Shown here: positions 59,730 to 63,741 of the stretch, one piece after another
How the letters are laid out: the number at the start of each line of letters is the position of its first letter
Position numbering within the stretch: the stretch's first letter is position 1
Source of the DNA: Candidatus Udaeobacter sp.
GTDB taxonomy: Bacteria > Verrucomicrobiota > Verrucomicrobiia > Chthoniobacterales > UBA10450
Direction: 5' to 3'
Assembly: GCA_035694525.1 (NCBI GenBank)
Contig: DASSFL010000138.1
Span: forward strand, 1-63,741
DNA length: 63,741 bases
Notes under the pieces: model-generated
The model's database searches: none
What the model was told of the DNA's origin: nothing
The model's input: only the letters and a program-made list of their open reading frames with translations
Position numbers and translations under genes: made by a program

Positions 59730-62327
59730 ATGCTTAATCCAAACGAGAAAATTGAACCGATAAATGTAGCCGAAGAAGTATCGAGGTCCTTTCTCGATTA
59801 CTCGATGTCGGTCATTATTTCGCGTGCCCTGCCGGACGCGCGCGACGGACTCAAGCCATCGCAGCGCAGAATTCTCTACGCGATGCACGATCTCTCTCTT
59901 TTTCCGGGACGACAGCATCGCAAATGCGCGAAGATTTGCGGTGACACCAGCGGAAATTATCACCCGCACGGCGAAGCGGTGATCTATCCTACGCTTGTCC
60001 ACATGGCGCAGCCGTGGGCGATGCGTGAAACGCTCGTCAACGGTCAGGGTAACTTCGGCTCCGTCGAAGGCGATCCCCCGGCGGCGATGCGTTACACCGA
60101 AGCGCGAATGACACACCTGGGCGCCGCGCTGATGACCGACATGGATAAGGACACAGTCGATTTCGTCCCAAATTATGACGAAACACGCACCGAGCCGACG
60201 GTTTTCCCAGCTGCCTTTCCAAATCTGCTCGTGAACGGCGGAACCGGCATCGCCGTGGGTATGGCGACCAATATTCCGCCGCATAATCTCAGCGAAGCGA
60301 TCGATGGAATCTGTGCGCAAATCGACGATCCGGAAATCACGCTCGACGAGCTGATGAAACACGTGAAGGGGCCGGATTTTCCCACCGGCTGCGCGATCTG
60401 CGGGATATCAGGAATCAAACAATATCTCGAGACCGGTCGCGGCAGTATGAAGGTGCGCGGCAAGGCCGGCATCGAGGGACTCAAAGGTGGCAGGGAACAA
60501 ATCGTCATCACTGAAATTCCATACAACGTCAATCGCGCCACTTTGGTCGAACGCATCGCTTCGCTGGTGAACGAAAAAATTCTGACAGACATCAGCGCCG
60601 TTCGTGACGAGTCCGATGAAAATACGCGCGTCGTTATCGAGCTGAAGCGCGACGGCAATCCAAAGGTGGTCATCAACAATCTCTACAAGCACACTGCGAT
60701 GGAAAGCTCCTTCGCGGCCATCATGCTGGCGATTGATCATGGACGCCCAAAACTGCTTTCGCTTAAGGAAGCGAACGCCTGCTATATCGAACACCGCCGC
60801 GAAGTGGTGCTGCGGCGCACCCGCTTCGAGTTGCGCAAGGCGGAGGAGCGCGCCGAGACGCTCGAGGGTTACCTCATTGCGCTCGCTAATCTCGACGAAT
60901 TTCTCCGCATCATCCGCGGATCGGCCAGTCGCGATGAAGCCCGAGTAAAACTGCTGGCCTTCGAATTCACCAGGCGGCAGGTCGAGCAGATCGGCATATT
61001 GATTCGCAGCGAGGCTCGCCTCACAAACGGCCGCTACGCTTTCAGCGAGCAACAGGCTGACGAAATCCTGAATCTTCGCCTGTATCAGCTCACCGGGCTT
61101 GAACGCGAAAAGGTCGAGAAGGAATACAAGGAATTACTCGAATCGATCAAAGATCTTCGCGACATCCTGGCCAAAGAGCAGCGCGTCTTCACGATCATCA
61201 AAAAAGAGCTGCGGGAAATTCGCGATAAATACGGCTCACCGCGTCTGACGGAAATCGTGCCTGATCAAGCCGAGATTAACATGGAAGACCTCATCGCCAA
61301 CGAGGGTTGCATCATCAGCATTACCCATGGCGGTTTTATCAAACGCACGGCGGTGAGCGCGTTTCGTGCGCAGCGGCGCGGCGGCAAAGGCGTGATCGGA
61401 ATGCAAACGCGCGAAGGCGCCACAGATGCAGAGGAAGGCGATTTCGTGGAGCACCTTTTCACCGCGACCACGCACGATTACCTGATGTTCTTCACCGCGG
61501 CGGGACGCGCGTACGTCGAAAAAGTCTACGAAATTCCCGAGATGGGCCGCGCAGCCAAGGGCCGCTCGATCGCAAATATTCTTGAACTGAAGCCGGATGA
61601 AAAAATCGCCGCGACGATCCGGATTCAGTCAAAAAAATCCGGCACGGGACCGAGCGCAGTCGATCAGACCTGGGATGAAAATCTCCACATCGTATTCGCC
61701 ACGCAGTCCGGCATCGTTAAAAAATCGAATCTTTCCGATTACGCGAATGTCCGCCGCGGCGGCATCATCGCCATCCAGATCGAGGAAGGCGACCGGTTGA
61801 TTGATGCCAAGCTAACGAATGGCAATAACGAGATCGTGCTCATCACCAAGGATGGAATGAGCTTGCGATTTCACGAAGAACAACTGCGCGATCAAGGCCG
61901 CAACACGGTCGGCGTTTGGGGCATTCGCCCCGAAAAAGGCGATCACGTCGTGGCCATCGCCATTGTCGATCCAAACGCAATGCTGTTGGTGGCCGGCGAA
62001 AATGGAATCGGCAAACGCACGCCGTTCGATGATTACCGGCGGCAATCGCGTGGCGGCAAAGGCATCATCACCATGAAAACCGGTGAGAAAACCGGCGATG
62101 TGGTTGGCGCGCTTACCGTCCGCGACAGTGATGAGATGATGCTCATCACCAACAAGGGCCAGATGGTGCGCACACGGGTCAAAGAAATCCGCGAAACTGG
62201 CCGCAACACGATGGGCGTAAAACTGATGGATCTCCGCAACGGCGAAAAGCTTCAGGCGATTGCGCCTGTCGTTAGTCAGGCCGAGGAAGAAGCGCAAACC
62301 GCAGAGGCGTCCGCGGAGAAATCCTAG
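59730..62327 (+). CDS. gyrA: DNA gyrase subunit A
   Basis: 865 aa from the ATG at 59730 (MLNPNEKIEPINVAEE...). Motifs ARDGLKPSQRRILYAM, YHPHGE and GNFGS, plus C-terminal beta-pinwheel repeats. The upstream part of the track ORF overlaps the sulfotransferase and is not coding. Confidence 0.97.
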   Translation: MLNPNEKIEPINVAEEVSRSFLDYSMSVIISRALPDARDGLKPSQRRILYAMHDLSLFPGRQHRKCAKICGDTSGNYHPHGEAVIYPTLVHMAQPWAMRETLVNGQGNFGSVEGDPPAAMRYTEARMTHLGAALMTDMDKDTVDFVPNYDETRTEPTVFPAAFPNLLVNGGTGIAVGMATNIPPHNLSEAIDGICAQIDDPEITLDELMKHVKGPDFPTGCAICGISGIKQYLETGRGSMKVRGKAGIEGLKGGREQIVITEIPYNVNRATLVERIASLVNEKILTDISAVRDESDENTRVVIELKRDGNPKVVINNLYKHTAMESSFAAIMLAIDHGRPKLLSLKEANACYIEHRREVVLRRTRFELRKAEERAETLEGYLIALANLDEFLRIIRGSASRDEARVKLLAFEFTRRQVEQIGILIRSEARLTNGRYAFSEQQADEILNLRLYQLTGLEREKVEKEYKELLESIKDLRDILAKEQRVFTIIKKELREIRDKYGSPRLTEIVPDQAEINMEDLIANEGCIISITHGGFIKRTAVSAFRAQRRGGKGVIGMQTREGATDAEEGDFVEHLFTATTHDYLMFFTAAGRAYVEKVYEIPEMGRAAKGRSIANILELKPDEKIAATIRIQSKKSGTGPSAVDQTWDENLHIVFATQSGIVKKSNLSDYANVRRGGIIAIQIEEGDRLIDAKLTNGNNEIVLITKDGMSLRFHEEQLRDQGRNTVGVWGIRPEKGDHVVAIAIVDPNAMLLVAGENGIGKRTPFDDYRRQSRGGKGIITMKTGEKTGDVVGALTVRDSDEMMLITNKGQMVRTRVKEIRETGRNTMGVKLMDLRNGEKLQAIAPVVSQAEEEAQTAEASAEKS

Positions 62328-62361
62328 ACATAATTAGCAGCAGCTTCCAAACGACCGAACG

Positions 62362-62400
62362 CGCTTGGCGTTTGTGCTCAGGCCTACTAGACGCCAAGCG
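62362..62400 (+). terminator. hairpin downstream of gyrA
   Basis: CGCTTGGCGT-(19 nt)-ACGCCAAGCG, a perfect 10-bp stem starting 35 nt after the stop. Confidence 0.4.
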
Positions 62401-62458
62401 GATCTTAACTCGGCCTCAGTGACCGCTGGCGCTAACAAACCAGGGTTTCGTCGGCCGG

Positions 62459-62665
62459 TTAGTAGCCGCCGCTCATCCCCCGCGTGGTGGTTGTCGTTGT
62501 CTGCGACACCGGCGGCTGGACCGGCGTTGTGACCGTAGTCTGGCGCGTTGTGGTGGTCGTCGCCTCAGGCTCGCTGGCACAAGACACCAGCATCAAGACG
62601 AAAACGGAAACCGCCGAACCAAGTATGATTGCTCTTTTCATAAGCATATTTTGTTTCTTCAACAA
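62459..62665 (-). CDS. small Thr-rich lipoprotein (tentative)
   Basis: Lipobox LMLVSC after a signal peptide. The mature part is about 45 aa and dominated by T, P and Q. The start is probably the internal ATG at 62641. Confidence 0.5.
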   Translation of the reverse strand: MLKKQNMLMKRAIILGSAVSVFVLMLVSCASEPEATTTTTRQTTVTTPVQPPVSQTTTTTTRGMSGGY

Positions 62666-62715
62666 ACAATTCGTCGCAAATCGCTTCGCCAGACGTATTA
62701 AAGCAAAGAATTCTT

Positions 62716-63102
62716 TTAAATCTCGACCTTGGCGCGTTGCTTCTTTAGCTCTCCACGTTTCCGTTTCGATTCAAGAATTTTCCTTTTGAGCGCAGTTGGC
62801 CTAGGCGATTTTCTTCGCCGCTCTTTTTGGCGCTTCCCGACTTCGGCCACACGCTGTTCTTCTCGAGCGCTCTCGATCGCATCCAGCAATCGCTCCCGCG
62901 CCAGCCTGCGGTTTGCCGCTTGCGAACGCGAATCCTGCACAGTCACGCTGACGCCGCTTGGCCTGTGACGAAGCATAACCGCGGTTGCAACTTTGTTTAC
63001 GTTTTGACCGCCAGGTCCACTGGAACGCGCAAAAGTTTCTTCAAGGTCGACACCGCGAATGCCGAGGCGCTGCATTCGCTCCGCTGGCGCGTCTTTGGAC
63101 AT
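62716..63102 (-). CDS. arfB: alternative ribosome-rescue factor / peptidyl-tRNA hydrolase ArfB (ICT1 family)
   Basis: 128 aa. GGQ motif in SSGPGGQNVNKVATAV and a basic C-terminal tail. Confidence 0.85.
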   Translation of the reverse strand: MSKDAPAERMQRLGIRGVDLEETFARSSGPGGQNVNKVATAVMLRHRPSGVSVTVQDSRSQAANRRLARERLLDAIESAREEQRVAEVGKRQKERRRKSPRPTALKRKILESKRKRGELKKQRAKVEI

Positions 63103-63115
63103 GGCTCTCGCCCAA

Positions 63116-63688
63116 TTACTCCGTCTTAACTTCCGGAATGTTTTCCCGTCCGTAGCGAAGAACGCGCGCCATCCAGATCAATTCATTCAGGAATTTGTCG
63201 AGGCGACGGACATAACTTTGATCGAGCAAATTTCCCTGCTCATCGAAAAGCGTTTGGACGTTTCCGAAATTCACGTCCCAAAAAATCGTTACCAGGCCTA
63301 GCTCGCGCATGACTGGCAGCAGCGCCTCGATCACTCGCGCGCCGCCAAACGGCCCCGCCGAGACACCGCAAATCCCGACAGCCTTGTGAATGTACTCCTC
63401 CAGATTCATATCGAGTGCGTGCTTCAATAGGCCGGGATAACCATGATTGTATTCGGGAGTTACAATAATGAGTCCGTCGCTACGCTCGACTGTCGCTGAG
63501 AATTTTGGGTCCTTCATTTGCTCGCCTGCGTCATCGAGTTTCAAAGCAAGCTTGCACACGTCGATCAGCTCCGTCTCGACATCCGCACGTTTCTTTGTTT
63601 GCTCAAGAACAAAGCGCGCAGCGTACTCAGTTCTCCTTCCCTGGCGGGAGGTCCCGAGAATCACCGGAATAAAAAGCGGTCGCTCCAT
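63116..63688 (-). CDS. NAD(P)H-dependent FMN reductase family oxidoreductase
   Basis: 190 aa. Motifs PVILGTSRQGR and IVTPEYNHGYPGLLK. Confidence 0.85.
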   Translation of the reverse strand: MERPLFIPVILGTSRQGRRTEYAARFVLEQTKKRADVETELIDVCKLALKLDDAGEQMKDPKFSATVERSDGLIIVTPEYNHGYPGLLKHALDMNLEEYIHKAVGICGVSAGPFGGARVIEALLPVMRELGLVTIFWDVNFGNVQTLFDEQGNLLDQSYVRRLDKFLNELIWMARVLRYGRENIPEVKTE

Positions 63689-63697
63689 TTCCGAATC

Positions 63698-63725
63698 GTA
63701 ATTGGTAATTTGTAATTCGTGAATC
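63698..63725. repeat. four tandem heptads GTAATTN upstream of the FMN reductase start
   Basis: GTAATTG GTAATTT GTAATTC GTGAATC lies 10 nt beyond the start codon at 63688, close to the window edge. Confidence 0.5.
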
Positions 63726-63741
63726 GTTTTCCGATATAACG

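Noticed and set aside
59550-61052. Long minus-strand ORFs (59550..60362, 60173..60679, 60408..61052) inside gyrA. Similar antisense ORFs lie inside gspF/orfX (41253..42017), the adaptor gene (3689..4291), permease 2 (7711..8268) and FTR1 (49511..49945, 49866..50333).
   Set aside because: They lie antisense to confidently identified genes, have low-complexity Arg/Ala/Ser-rich products and no recognisable motifs. These are typical shadow ORFs of GC-rich DNA.

Overview
All calls come from reading the sequence and ORF track by eye. No searches were run, and hand-derived coordinates may be off by a few nt.

This is a 63.7-kb chromosomal window from a moderately GC-rich Gram-negative bacterium. The protein signatures suggest a soil PVC-group (Verrucomicrobiota-like) or Acidobacteria-like organism, but I cannot verify that here. 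These signatures are type II secretion (T2SS) pseudopilins, a Ser/Thr kinase with TPR repeats, a PafA/Dop homologue and a VPS10/BNR protein.

**Housekeeping content (most of the window)**
- Nucleotide, cofactor and tRNA-modification genes: pyrG (3' end), tsaC/sua5, purE, aroK, queG, purB, thiE.
- A MacAB-like efflux operon.
- pssA-psd.
- gyrB and gyrA with a sulfotransferase gene between them.
- arfB.

**Accessory or unusual content**
1. 24.8-34.5 kb holds an intact tRNA-Arg(ACG). A 5'-half copy lies upstream and a 3'-half copy downstream, and the two halves overlap by the anticodon-loop pentamer ACGGA. They bracket about 9.6 kb of decayed, island-like DNA. That DNA carries an integrase N-terminal remnant, three broken copies of one small ORF family, a large kinase-TPR gene, a CPBP protease and several overlapping small ORFs.
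2. 14.4-22.7 kb is bracketed by two inverted, distantly related glycosyltransferase-like paralogues. It contains an active plus triad-deficient Deg/HtrA-like protease pair, an orphan Pup-ligase/deamidase (PafA/Dop) homologue with no proteasome or Pup gene nearby, and a DUF5069-like gene.
3. 40.6-48.5 kb is a split, convergent T2SS cluster. It has F, G, H, I, J, K and L-, M- and C/PilP-like genes, but no ATPase or secretin in the window. An unknown secreted protein is wedged between gspF and gspG.
4. 34.5-38.6 kb looks like an extracellular DNA and phosphate scavenging cluster (PhoD, an SNase-ComEA fusion, PAP2).

No rRNA, CRISPR array or intact transposase was seen. I cannot name a demonstrably new system. 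The best candidates for follow-up are the tRNA-Arg split-island architecture and the orphan PafA/Dop neighbourhood.
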